The notes under the pieces were generated by a model, which worked only from the letters and a program-made list of their open reading frames with translations, did no database searches and had not been told where the DNA came from. The translations under genes and the position numbers were made by a program. Below are positions 1-13,337 of a stretch of DNA of 64,000 nucleotides, in pieces; position 1 is the stretch's first letter; each line of letters opens with the position of its first letter. Source of the stretch: Antedon mediterranea (Eukaryota > Animalia > Echinodermata); assembly GCF_964355755.1 (NCBI RefSeq), contig NC_092679.1, forward strand, positions 6,726,201 to 6,790,200. The letters are read 5' to 3'.

Positions 1-797
1 ATGTGTGGTGTAAATTATAATTTCAAACCAAAGAATGCAATGTCTGATTCACCAAAATACTAGCCGCAGTACTATATTATGATAGTGGTTTCTAATTCAT
101 GGATATACCTGTAGGCCTATACATTCATTTTTCTTTTCTAAAATTTCCCTCTTTCTATATTTCGTTTAACGTGTCCATTAGTGGTTTTCGTTTGGATTCA
201 TTTAAACTCATTTATCAAAGCACTCAGTTAGATGTGATTGGTCAAATAAGATATGGTCTATTAACGATTAATTCTTAATAATAAACGCTCATTAGCATGC
301 CTATTAATTATGAAATCTTGGTTCAATATTCGTAACGTATCAATTAATAACGTTCAGGTAATCGGGATAATTAATCATTAGACAACGAATCCTTCTAAAA
401 TGAATACAAACAAGTTATGGAAAAAGGGGTATTTGTCTTAAAACAGTCATGTACGGTTCTCAACAAAACAAACATCAACTGTGTGTTGACTCTTTATAAT
501 GGAATTGTAATTATTGAAAATAAATAATTTTCGTTAAGTACATGATCCAATGGGAATAGATACTTCATAATTTGCAATGGAAGCTCATAAGGCAAGACAT
601 GACTACCGGTTCGGTACGTGCTACGTGGAGTAATAATTATATTCATGGTAGAAGATCGAAATGATTTTATTCGTGTTTTAAGAAAGAATATTAGGCCTAT
701 AGGAGATTGTCTGTTGACTGTCACGTAATAAAAGTATTCTTCCTCACTCCCTCACTTTAGGTCATTGAGTTGCGTCTGTAGTGGGAACCAATCTTAA

Positions 798-949
798 AGC
801 CTATTTTCCACAGGCGATATTGTTCGCGCGAATCGAAAGCGCCAGCTTATACGCATGCGTATTCATGTTTCCATCTTCGAAATCCCTCTCTACGCATGCG
901 TATAAGCTTTCAATTCGCGCGAACAAATTCGCCTAGTGGAAAATCGGCT
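798..949. mobile_element. Palindromic MITE (TIR AGCC(T/G)ATTTTCCAC...GGCGA), TWA-flanked, PIF/Harbinger-like
   Basis: The ends are inverted repeats (agcctattttccacaggcga / tcgcctagtggaaaatcggct). A related copy lies at ~57935-58097. Confidence 0.7.
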
Positions 950-975
950 TTAGTCCTGTTTTAAGAACTTTATAT

Positions 976-1080
976 TTAACAAATACATGGCTGCAGTCGC
1001 GTGCGCAAATTGTGTTTACCGACCGACCAACCGACCGATAAACTGAGCTGTAGAGTCGCGTTTGCACGCGAATAAAAAAC
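976..1080 (+). mobile_element. HINE/DINE-1-like non-autonomous element (Helentron-associated type)
   Basis: It has a sub-terminal cagtcgcgtgc, a (ccga)n microsatellite, a 3' hairpin (tcgcg..cgcga) and an A-run. Other copies are at 3522-3648 (+) and 13680-13756 (-). Confidence 0.6.
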
Positions 1081-1679
1081 GGTAAATCAGGCTTAAAAAC
1101 GTCTGAAGTGTGTTGGCCGATCTCAACGTCATTTTAATTTCAAAATGTTCACGGGCCGAGTTTTTCACAATTTTCTCCCTAGGTATCTAAGTTGAATTTA
1201 ATCTAGCGATTCATATTATTAATCATTGTGTTGCTATTCCCAAGAAATCACATGAAACCTCGTGGCTAGAATAATCATTAGTAATTAAAATTCTTCTTCC
1301 GTTTTGCAAAATAAATCTGTTCTAAAAATATTTATAGCCACTGGCGTGTGTAGTTTGGGAATATAATGTATCATATACAATTCTGATGTCTTAGTTAAAG
1401 TGATTTGAATACAACTTTGCAAGTGGTTGTTAGGTTTACAACTCTATTAACCAATTTGAAAGATATACACTACATGCAAGAACTTCAAAGCTGAAAATAA
1501 AATGAACTTAACTTTAATAGAGACCACCTTGAACAGATTAAGCCGTTTAATATTCTTACGCTTCTTAAGCACTGTCGACACTATCAAACTAGTTTTACAA
1601 AGGTGCAATGTGCCCAAATATGGTAGTGATATGTTTAAATATGGTAGTGATATGACATCATCAACAGAGCTTTACGGCC

Positions 1680-1895
1680 CCTTGCGTTGATACATGGCAT
1701 CAACGTAGGCAGCCGATTCTCAGTACTGTATCTATTTCCGAAGTATTATAGGAATATTTGGTAATGTGTTTCACATGTTTCTGATAGTAACTTAGTTCTT
1801 AACCTCTTACATGATACTAGGCACCTAATGTGATGCTGTATTACCAAGTATTCCTATGATACCTCGGAAATATGTGGAGATACAGCACAGCACGT
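1680..1895. mobile_element. Inverted-repeat MITE remnant
   Basis: ttccgaagtattataggaatatttggtaat is inverted against attaccaagtattcctatgatacctcggaa. A related half copy lies at 6870-6945. Confidence 0.55.
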
Positions 1896-3521
1896 CATTG
1901 CGTTGTGTTGCGTTCATAACGAGAACCAATCGAAGACATTTAAGAACCAAACTTTATTTTTAATAATCCGATTCAATTCAAAGGCGCCATGTAAATGCGG
2001 TTATCACTCAATAACCGAAAAGTCAGTTCTTACAATAGTAAAGACGACGACGATATCAACACAAAAGTAATTAATTTTGAAATGCAATTAATCAGAAGAA
2101 GAAAACGGCCCCGAGAAACTTCTTCTTATCTGTTTTTATAATCCAACGTATTCGTAAATATCAAATATATTAAAAACGGATTGAGATGATTAGATTGTGT
2201 TGCTTGTAGAGTTAAACGCCTCTCTAACCTGAAGGGAAATAGCTGGGCTAGCAGCTATTGACTAATGACTAGATAACGAATACTCGTAAATAAATAAAAC
2301 TAATCTCTTTCTATCTTTCTTTTACTGCACTACAGAAAAATAGAAATAGAAAAAACAGAAATGGAAAAACAAAAACGAAAAACAAAAAGAAGAGACAAAC
2401 TTACTACAGTAGAACCTCAGAAGCGTTCCTCAATAGGAGTGTCCCTTAATAGCGCCTTAGTGTGAGTGTCCCAAAATGAGTAGTATTGTGCCAACAATTT
2501 CCTATATGCTAATATACTGTATGCTATGCCATGACACACAAACTCATTATGGTAAATTATGCCGAAATTAAAAACGGGGATAAAGTACTCAAGGTTTCTG
2601 TATATTTACTAGAATTTATTTTAATTTGGTCAATAATATTGTTTTAATTTAAATCTTAAATCTTTATACAAGGGTGGATTTTGGTTTTATACATTTATGA
2701 AGTGTTATTTGATGACGAAAATCAATCTTCCCTTATTACCATGCCCCACTATAACAATTTTGACCTATTATTTGCAAAAACACGAAAAATAATGGTCATT
2801 TGTAATTTATTTTATATTCTAGTTCATAAGAAGAGCCGTAACATATTAACACACATGTAATAATTCAGAATCCTTAAATAGAGACAACAGTGATACTAAC
2901 ACATGCTTCCGAGCCGCAAGGCGTTTTGGAGAATCTTCAATTTGATGTCTGTCCCCGAAGAGAACGCGTAAGAATGATTATGTTATTAATATTCAGTAGA
3001 GCCTAAAATGCGTGTTCACCCATGCAGCAACTTTACGATCATGGGCAGGATGTTGTAATTGAAAAGGTGCATCGTACATGTTTATGTGGTGCTCTTGTGT
3101 TGGCTTTGACGTGTAAAGCGCAGTCAGGTGTTAAGTCAGACCACATCCTCAACATCCATAAAGTCAAAAATGAGCAATAAACAACATACTTATTATGACC
3201 TTAACTAACCCTAAATGAAATCTTAAACAACATGTATACAGTATAAAAATAGTTGTTCTCCTAAATCAATAGCAGTTATTCCCTATCAATCATCAATACC
3301 ACGCGACTAATCAGCTATTGCGTCGAAAAGTCATTCAGCGCACGTTCAAATACATGAGCATACTGTTAGACTCAATAGCTGTGTAATCGCGTAGACCAGA
3401 GAATAATGGCAAAACAGGATGTCGACGAACTGGTGTGAAAAAGGTGAAGTCACTACTCTAGGATGTTTTCACCACCACGATGGATATGCAATATCCAGGT
3501 GGTTAAAGGAACGTAAAATAA

Positions 3522-3648
3522 GAACAAGGTCATATACATGGCTGCAGTCGCGTGCGCAAATTTGAGCTAGTGTTTACCGACCGACCGACATACCGATCGA
3601 CTGACCGACATAGTGAGCTGTAGAGTCGCGTTTGCACGCGACTAAAAA
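3522..3648 (+). mobile_element. HINE/DINE-1-like element copy
   Basis: It starts aacaagg, contains (ccga)n and ends gtcgcgtttgcacgcgactaaaaa. Same family as 976-1080. Confidence 0.6.
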
Positions 3649-5477
3649 GTAGAAAAAGAAGACGAAAAGGAAGAAAAAGAAGAAAGAAAAAAGAAAAAGA
3701 AGAAAAGGAAGGGAAAAACTAAAAGAGGAAGAAAAGAAGTTCGCGTTCATTTCCAACTAGCAAAAATATCCGCGTAAATATTTGTTTAATTGGCGCCTCA
3801 GCTAGCGAGTTATTTTCAGTCAGCATCGTCTGCTATGATTGTGTTCAGTTATTAATTTGTGTTTGCAGCCACAGAGACGCATGATAACTGGGGTAGAGGC
3901 TAAACTAAGACAATAACCCAACTACAATATATAACATAATTAGATATTTCTCTTTAAAACATGATATGAATTCACAATTATTCATCGAAGAAATGCAAAA
4001 TAGTACTAATTTAATAAAGTATAATTTAAGTATAGTTATTCGTATATGTACACACCGTTGTCATTAAATTTTCAGACGGTAATTTGTTATGCGTCTTCAT
4101 TTTGTGACATTTATTGTCTTGATATGATATTGTCCGTAAAGAAGAGACTAATGTTACTATTTATGACATAACCGAAGAGCACGTAACCTCATAAACTCCA
4201 TTTCATTCGGTTTATCTGTGTGTGTGGCTGAGCGGCGCGAATTTAAAATTAACAAGACGACACGTGGGGTGTACGACGTGGGGTGATTCGCTCGATGGAA
4301 CGTTAACTATATTGTATTCCACGAGTGCGGTGAGTATGTATTACCAAAAAACATCTTTATATATAATAAAACACAACGCACATTGTATACCTGCTCCAAT
4401 TAAATTCATTTCCTTAGCTATTGCGTTATTCCTTTACAAACGTTTGATGTGACGATTTCAGCTCACGTCATGTTTGCAAAAGATTAAGCTGAATTGCCGC
4501 TGAAATGTACATTCATGCAAGTATTAATAAAGTAATAAAGATCTGCAGATGCCTATCAATTAGATCGATGTGTATCGATGAATAAATAGCTTTCGAAAAA
4601 GACGGAAATGTAAAAAAAAAGTTAAAAGCACAGCGACACAAATCAAACAATTAATTATCGCTTTCACAAAGGAATCTTAAGACTGCCAACCATAATGCAC
4701 TAATAACGTATGTTTTAACGGAATAATGCAGATCTGAGATTAAATTGAATTTCATTTGCTTAGTTTTCTTTTGTTCCATCGACTTATGAATGAATAATGT
4801 TGATTATAAAAAAACTGTTGGTTTCAGGCCGCACAAGGAAAATGGTTTTAATTGGCCAGTTTTAGACTCGAACCAAAGATCGTGTGGTCGTTGTTTCTTA
4901 AATCTTCTAATTATTGTTAAATTATGGATAAAACATCTGGTTACTATCCTACTGAGGAGAGGGTTTGGGCGCGCTTACTGTAACTTATTTATCATTAATA
5001 TACAAAATATTGTTATATTGTACACGCGTACTAACTGCTGTTAGAACAGGCGTGTATGGCGCGCCAACAGACAATCTCAGTCGGAACAGACGAGTCGAAA
5101 GGTATATAAAAGTGTACTAAGATTAGATTTTAATTTATTTGGCAAAATTGTGGGAGAGTTTAATTTAGCCTAATATAGTAATACGTAGAACTATTTACAA
5201 GACTACTAATGTATAGATACTGATATACTAATATAGATACTATATATGTAATGGAAAGTTACAGAGTTATTTATAGAAACTTTGTGTATGCGCATTATTC
5301 AACAAGGATGAGGTTGGTACATTACAAACTACGTGTTAAGATTATAAATATAGTAACGAAATGGTTGTTTAATGGCTGAATTTGTTAGACTTATGTAAAA
5401 TAACAACCTTTTTACTTCTAATACATCAAGGGAATTATATACATTATTCATACGTTGTTAATCCCGTTTGGCACAAG

Positions 5478-5520
5478 AAATGATGAGGTCAAATGATGAG
5501 GTCAAATGATGAGGTCAAAT
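5478..5520 (+). repeat. 13-bp tandem repeat x3 (aaatgatgaggtc)
   Basis: Directly visible perfect repeat. Confidence 0.9.
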
Positions 5521-5719
5521 CAAGACGTTTAGCACATTCGTTTAGCAAAATTTTGTTCCGGGGCACACCATACAAAACGCCGGTATTGATGTCTATTTTA
5601 CTATATAATTAGGCGAAAACTTTTTTACAAACAATCCAACTTATTTAAATATTATCATTTTAAAATGTCAATAGTATATACTATATAGGTAGTAGATAGG
5701 TGGTAACTATAAGTTTGTG

Positions 5720-5922
5720 AACCAGTTCACCGGGGTAACCCTCTAGTCGTCTCGAATTATGGGTAACCCCAGTCGTCTCGAATGGTGAACAGAATTTACA
5801 CTGGACCTACCTAGGTTATAGTCCTTCCATCACCAGAACTAAGAGCGAGCGAGTCAGCTTTGAACCATGCCGGAATTGTTGTACGGTAATTAACGGTGCC
5901 CGTTCCTTAACCGCTCTACATA
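5720..5922 (-). mobile_element. tRNA-derived SINE with Deu/Nin-domain-like core (degenerate)
   Basis: The minus strand has an A-box-like tagagcggttaagg, a B-box-like ggttcaaagc, then ggactataacc..gtaggtccagtgta..cgagacgactag..ccccggtg. Same family as 16600-16792, 49270-49585 and 50249-50535. Confidence 0.55.
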
Positions 5923-8177
5923 GGTCTCCCTCCAAGACCCCTCCAATTAACTCACTCCAAATTAAAGAAGTATTGTCCCCCAAAAACATGAAAATAAAGA
6001 TTAATTAGTTTTAATAAAGTTAATCACTGCCGTAGACAAAAGCGATAACAATTAAGTTAAAGAGACCAAATCAAGGTTTAGAACCCAACTGAAAATGTTC
6101 TTACATTTTTTCCACCAATTTAAGAACACTTTATAAAAATAAACTTTTAAAATGATTGTAGTTGTATATATGCAAATTTGAAGAAAATAAGACAAATACT
6201 GCATATTTGGAATACAGACAGACAGACTTGATTACATTTACCATAATCCGTGGGGGAGCAACGACAGACAGACAAGAAAGAAATCTAATTTCCCTTCCCA
6301 AAATGACCATCAGATGGCAGCACATTATATCAAATATCAAACATAATATGTCTATATTACGTAATTGTTTTACGCTAGCTGCTTTATTATTATTTGTTAA
6401 TTTTTATCTTTTTAGGGATAGAAGATGGAAGTACAACGTTTATCAAATAAAGATGTATTAACTCTCCTGACAGAAACAATATCAACATAATATTTTAGTT
6501 ACCAGCCTGGACGTTTAATTTGAATGTTATTGTAGATAGTAGATATGTATATTACTAGTAGAAAATGCTTTTAAGTATTTTCAATGTCCGGTTATATACA
6601 CACACGCATTAATTAACAATATAATATGTCTTTAAAGATACATTAGCGACTACTTCCGACGACTAATCTATCTAATGTTGTTTTCATAAGATCTATATTC
6701 GTAGAGTGATGATGCAGCTATACTCTCAACTTTATGAACTTGTTCTTAATACTGAATTTTGTAATAATGTTTATTTTGCAGTAATGAAATCGTCAAAATA
6801 CACCATCTACTGTATTTATTTATGTGTATATAGTGTCATGACTCAAAATACATGTAAAAAACATGGGGTGTTGTATTACCAAATATTTATGATACTTCGG
6901 AAATAATACAGTACCGAGAATCGGCTGCCCAATTCAGATGTAACGTAAAAACAAAGTGCGAGGCAGCGAGACATGAAGAAATGTGCGATGCATCCGGAGT
7001 AACTATTGTAATTACTCCAAGGAGATACTGTCGGGTTACACAAGCGAGAGGTGAATACTATGCTTTAACTATACGACCAACACCTATTAATGGGACACTC
7101 TGGAGGGTTCCTAAGGGTTCCTCTTTGTATTGTATAAGTAACAAAAAACAAATATTCAATTGCGATTTAAATTTATCAATGAAAAACATCACGGAGGAGA
7201 ATGAATACATTAAAACCATGTGTCAACCCATGTCAATGCTCGATATACAATGTTACGGTTATCTATACTTTTAAAACTTAGTTAAGGTAAGACAGAAATA
7301 GATTTTTATTTAATGCTATTGACGAAATATTATAGACATATTTTCACCTTTATGCTTTTATAGGTCAGGTAAGATAGACTTATCTGTATGTATTAAACAA
7401 ACGCGGCAGAGGATTATGTTGCCTTGCGCTATAATGCCTCTTAAATTATTATTTTTCTAGCTTTTATTCGATGTTTAAATACATTTTTTTGACAACCTTT
7501 TAAAATTAATAATTACACATCACATTTTGAGGATTTAAGATTTTTCATTGACATGAATAGCCCTACGGTACATAATATAATACATATAGGAATGCATCTT
7601 TCTTTTTGGGGATGGATGTTATGGTACGCCAACGGAGCAAATTAAAATGTCATTATCGTATTATAATAATGTTTCTGAACCATTCATAAAACAATGACAT
7701 ATTTCGCCTATAACCACTTTTCCAGGACGTTAACTTTGACAGTATTCAATTTAGTAAGTCCCAAACCAATCGTTAACTTTATCTTGCAAATAATTTACCT
7801 TTAATGTTATCCTATAAAAAATGAATACATTCAATTATATAGTTTAAGTTTAATTCCAAACGTTCACGCCATGAAATTAAGTTTGAACGATTTCATTCTT
7901 TGGGGACTTTATTTCTCATGAAAGCAATAATAATAATAATAATAAATATATCAAACTAGGTAAATTTATCTTACAATTAAAGGCAAAGCATTCTTTCATT
8001 ACAGACTGGAATAAAATTACATTAAAAAAATAAAGATAAGTAAAAGTAATGTTACATTCGCGATTAATGTTATGCCATTTTGACTTGTATTACCCGTAAT
8101 ATTTTAATGTTAAAATAATGTTTTGCTTTAAACATAAATGTCTGATTTAAAACTCTTCTTTTATTTTTTTGTACTAC

Positions 8178-8636
8178 TAATAATAATATCCTGGATTTAT
8201 ATAGCGCCTAATGTTGTGAAACCTCCAAGCGCTGTACATAAACTAATACGATAAAAGGGATTCCAACCCTGCCAAAAAAAAAACCCCAAACCGAAGTAAG
8301 GGGATAAGCCCTCGTCGCTAACCAGGGATCGGTCTAATTGAAGCCCGGTCAGCACCAGCTCTGTCTCGGTCATCCCGGACTCGGGCGCCTTTTGCCCTAC
8401 TTAAACTAGATCTAAAACAATCTAGGTGGCATGGAAAGGGGGGGGGGGAGGAGAAAAGAGGGAGATTGATATGCTTTTTTAAACAAGTATGTCTTAATTA
8501 ACCGACTGTGCATCTTTAATGCAGTTTGGAAGAGAATTCCAAAGCATAGGAGCTGCATAAGATAATGCACGGTGACCATATGAGATGGTCTTCACTTTAG
8601 CAGGAACAAGACGATTCTGAGAATTGGAACGAAGAC
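8178..8636 (-). mobile_element. 3' end of an L2/CR1-group LINE (degenerate ORF2 C-terminus plus 3' UTR)
   Basis: The minus strand translates LRSNSQNRLVPAKVKTISYGHRALSYAAPMLWNSLPNCIKDAQSVN.(frameshift).KTYLFKKAY, matching the recalled L2/CR1 ORF2 end motif (G.RAFS.AAP.LWNSLP...LKT.LF). It ends in gcgct...gcgctatataaat...(att)n. Confidence 0.75.
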
Positions 8637-9388
8637 ATAGTAACCACATGGATAGTGTGTATTTCGACTGGGCTGTTTTTGAGATCCTAAAACTCTTCGC
8701 TATTTATAATATGTTATCAGCGTAGGCGTGAACAGGTTGACGTACTGTACCACGGTACGTTATATAGTTACTGTGAAAAAAAAAACATTCTTTTTTTCTA
8801 TCTGATGATGACTGTATAGTTTGTACATAATTAAGTCCAAAAATTCTGCTCATGGACAATCTGGCACATGCCCTGTATTGGTACGGTATATGTACCAATA
8901 CAGACGAGGCGACATGGCGGCAGAAAGGAGCAGTCAGAAGTGAACCAAAATGGCGTAAAAATACAAGGCGGCAAATTCAAATGAAGTAAACAGAAACGAT
9001 GCTCTAATGTCATTTCGTCGTATAAGCTTCTCTCTCTCTCTCTTACTATGAATACATCTTGTTTATGATATAAATCCAATTTTACTACAGAGCACTTATC
9101 AACCATTTGATGATACTCGATTCGTTCTTAAAATTTAAAAATAGGTTAGTTAACTCACCTAAAACATCGTAAGTATGCTCTTCTAAGCCTGAATGATTTC
9201 AACTGTATCGGTTCGTTCAAGTACCATATTCGATGGATATTTTGTCCCAGAGAATATGAAGATAAGGGGTGTTTAAAAACATCATGATCTGTATGTCCTT
9301 TAGGTCGGTTCTATGTACAACAACAGTCTAAACGAATATTCAAATTTTGGCTGGTACAGTAGGATGTTTCTGATTGGTTCCCGCTTAA

Positions 9389-9456
9389 AGCTTGGTTCCC
9401 ACTAGAACGTAACGCAAGGACGTAAACGCAACGCAAGCGCTAGTGGGAACCACGCT
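9389..9456. mobile_element. Internally deleted MITE family B (TIR AGC(G/T)TGGTTCCCACTAG)
   Basis: Both TIRs are present and TWA-flanked. Family members lie at 13059-13238, 14871-14969, 18390-18525, 52437-52576 and 55793-55902, with half copies at ~755-795 and ~10210-10270. Confidence 0.75.
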
Positions 9457-9571
9457 TTAAGGAATGTTCATTGCAATCATCCTATTTTAAAATATCAAAA
9501 TGAAATAAGTGTAGAGGTGCAATTGTACACAATCTGATGTGAATTATTGGTTAAATCATCCACCTTGGTTA

Positions 9572-9834
9572 AAGCTACGTTCACATTGAGTCTGGAATAG
9601 TTTTAGTGGCCAGAGAAAAGTCTGAGCTACGTTACGAAACGCGACAACAACGTATTGTATTGACCAATCACGACGCGATAATAATCCGGCCTGTCGGTTT
9701 GGTTACCTCACTTGCGTTGCGCTATACGCGTTGTGTCAAATAACGTGAATGGTTCTATTTTTAAACACTAATTCAATATTCAGGATTTTTTTTCAAGGAA
9801 TGGGCTCAGTGTGAGCTCAGTCTGAACGTGCCTT
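9572..9834. mobile_element. Degenerate MITE
   Basis: The ends agctacgttcacattgagtc / gagctcagtctgaacgtgcct are imperfect inverted repeats flanked by TAA. Confidence 0.45.
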
Positions 9835-12800
9835 AAAAAAAGGGTTGTTAAAACTAGTTTTATCATTAATCAGTAATTGATATACCGGCGGTAAGTAAGG
9901 TTAAGGGGCACTGATTATAGCCTTTTAAAAGTAAACGACGGTCTGTCATTGTCATGACCTGAAGCAAATATTTTAAATGTTTCATTAATTGGTCTCAATT
10001 ACAATATATAGGTTAATGCGTTATTGATCAACGTTCGAATTAACAGTAAAGCAATGCAACCTACGTGTTGTGTTTGGCCTCGTCTCCTGCGTGAAATCAA
10101 ACCTGTAGTGGTTGCAGCATTGTTGCGTCGTCGGTTCCCACTTGTGATTATGCAGTTCAGCACTTTGCGTCAATACGTCGTGGCGTTGCGTCCTAGAGGG
10201 AAACGCTAAAGCTACGCTCCCACTAGGACGCTAACGCAAGGAAGTGGACGCAACGCAAGTGAGTTGACCAATGACAACTGGAGCGGAAATTAGGAGTAGA
10301 AATCATTTTTTTTTTTAGGATTTGGTATTTATTGTTAAAATGATAAAATATTGAAGGAGTGTCGTGAAGCACAATATTCAACGCTGACGTAAATTACGGT
10401 ACCATAGGATCAAGTTAATTCCTCTAGGATTAAGCCGATCCAATAAAGATTATTTTGATCCAATAATCTCAGTCGTAAAATACACGATGCAGAAATCAAT
10501 TACTTGCTCATGCGAGGCCTACATTTATAGTCATTCATCAAACGACTAAAAACAATAACATTAATGATTTTCTGAAGCTGCCTTTATTTTCGGGAGATTT
10601 TCGTGCAACATGATTATTAACTAGTACAATAGACTCACCGCAATAATTGATCATGTTAAACAACAGCGATGACACCCATGCTGCTTTTATATATTATTAG
10701 GGACTAGATTTTCACGTCGACTATGTCGACTGCTACTCTATGACGTCATTTTTATGATATGCATATGCGCTAGGTGACTGGCAAATAATATGAGCACTTG
10801 AGTGACATTTTGGCGTTCGCGCTCTGACATGAGCAAAAGTTTACCAAAATTATGTCAAGAATGTAGGGAATTTCGGTAAAATTATATTTCCAAATTGTGA
10901 ATTATTGCTTTTATTGGTTTATTTAAATAATAGTTGTAATATTTTCGTCTTGTAGGCCTACGTATATTACTTTTTTTATTTATAAAGGGACTTACAACTA
11001 TACAGAAAAAAATGCCATTTTCTTGGGTAAGGTCCTTGCTGATTTTTACTAAACAAATGTGAACTTGAATGTTGAATTATTGTCATGTTGAATAGTGACG
11101 ATGAAGTAATGGTCGCCAGTGACGGTCACCAATGGTGGTATGGTACGGTAACACGAAGGGTTACGATCAAAGCGAACAGGGGCGATCATTTTACACCTCA
11201 AGGATCAATCATATGTGACCTAACACTAGTAGTACACTCTAGGTTCTAGACGTAAATTAGTAAAAATATAAATATTTTGGCACATATGGTGTTTCATGAA
11301 TAATACTTGAGCTCATTATTTTAAACAAAAAATAAAACGCCTAACATAAAAAAGACAATAATACATACTTGGTGTCTACATTACCAAATAATACTACAAG
11401 TTATTAATTCAAATCCTTATAAATATTCTTTAAACCTCAATCATCATTATTCCTCTATTTTTAGGATTGACGTAGGTAAACAGTAGTTTGAATTTCTAGG
11501 CAGAATTAGGATGGCTAAAATAATTATCGTTGCGCTCACGTCATCAAAGAAAAACATCATTAAAGTACAAAAACACAATTAACCAAATCTTGTTATACAT
11601 AAAATACCACAATCGACAGATTTCATTGTTTGTATTAACTATTATATTTTTAGGATTGACGTAAGAAAAGAAGCGCTTTGCTCGGATATTGATTTTAATT
11701 CTCTTGGCTAGAAAGAAATTTTATTTCACTGATAACTTAATACTACACGAGTCTTTATATGATGGGAGAATGATCGTGTCATGACCATGTCATCTACGTC
11801 ATAATCGCTATCATCTTTAGCATTATCTATCTGCACCATAATTAATCATTATAAAAGAAATTATGTTTAACTTACAGACAAAATAAAAATAGGGCCTAAC
11901 TAAGGTATTGTAATACTGTATTATTAGGCTTTTTTTTTTGTTTTTTTCCGACCAAGTTTGGCTTCCGGTGATAATGACGAGTTGCAACACAACTAACAGT
12001 GACAAATCACAAGCGACAGTTCGATTACTTGCGTTTCGTATGCACGCTTGCAACTATCATCCCCAGTTTCCAGATAGTTTATGCCCGGAGTTCCCCTTTA
12101 AATGACATACTAAATGCAACATTACAATGTTCAAAGTCACAACAAAGCCAGGAATGACGAAAATATAACATAATTATCATTATCATAATTGTCATTAGCT
12201 TAAACAAACAACGTGAAGCTGTATGTGGTTCAGTTTGTCTCAAGTCCTAATGACTTTCTTAATTATCATGCCACAGGAAATTCCATACGCACAGCCATTA
12301 TCACATTTCATTGTTCTTACCTAAGCAATTGATTAATCTGGTTACTTTTGGGACAATGCGATAATTCAAAGGCAACAATTTATTATTAAAGTAGTTTGGT
12401 AAAATACCATAGTTTCTAAGATAAATAATAAGAAAATGTTCTTATATGTATGAAATCCCGTTTATGTAAAAACCTGAAACATCACGGCCGAGCGTGGAAA
12501 CCAGCAAAAAGCATTATACCAATATTGAGCCTTGGTGGTGGCAAAACTTTGCGCGTATGACGTAATCTGTACGTTACGCGTTGTGTCTCTTTAAAATAAT
12601 GATCAGCAGAGATGCGATTTATAACTGTCATTGTATTTGCACGTTCCATTGAACCGCCTTTAACCATCAATTACCAGTCGTTTATTATCCAAATATAACC
12701 ATAATGGAATTAATTATAAATCAATAAGAATCCCAGGGGAGCTTTCTAACAACTGATTCTACCTGAAAGCAGGATGGCTAGCGTACGCCACGCGGGAAGA

Positions 12801-13024
12801 ATATCTTCTGTGCATGTTTTAATTGATCTAACCGGGCTTAGCAACATTTAGCCTACGTTCAAAATGCAGCCTGCCGAATGGCACGCTGTATGGGGTGCAC
12901 ATCGCTTCAATTTAATTGCCCCACTTAATCCTGGATACCCCTTGCGGCAGACAAGACGCGTGTTCAGTCTATTTAATTTTAACATTATGTTACCTGTACA
13001 ACTGACTCGCGTGAGACAGTCATA

Positions 13025-13337
13025 AACACCAATTCACACAGACGTGCGGTAATGATAAAGCGTGGTTTCCCACTAGAACGTAACGCAAGGACGTAAACGC
13101 AACGCAAGCGTTTTAACCAATGACAAGCGAAGTTAGAGACAGTTAGCAATCACAAGCGAATAAGCCATCGCTTGTGATTGGTCAATTCATTTGCGTTGCG
13201 TTACGTCCTTGTGTTGCGTCGCTAGTGGGAACCACGCTTAAGCGGAAAACATGCGTAGCTGATGTAGAATCTATCTTGTGTTGTGATTCTATATTTGTAT
13301 TATTACCGTTACCGCTCGTCTGTGTAAATTGGTCTTA
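13025..13337. mobile_element. MITE family C (TIR GGCCAATTTACACAGACGAGCGG) interrupted by a family B MITE
   Basis: The host ends are accaattcacacagacgtgcggtaa / ttaccgctcgtctgtgtaaattggtc. Uninterrupted relatives lie at 52972-53125 and 14069-14148. Confidence 0.7.
13059..13238. mobile_element. Full-length MITE family B, PIF/Harbinger (Tourist)-like, TAA TSD
   Basis: It is nearly fully palindromic, with TAA at 13056-13058 and at 13239-13241. Confidence 0.85.

Noticed and set aside
10697-11270. Possible TIR element (gggactagattttcacgtcgac ... tagacgtaaattagt)
   Set aside because: The inverted similarity is too weak, with no TSD or second copy in the window.
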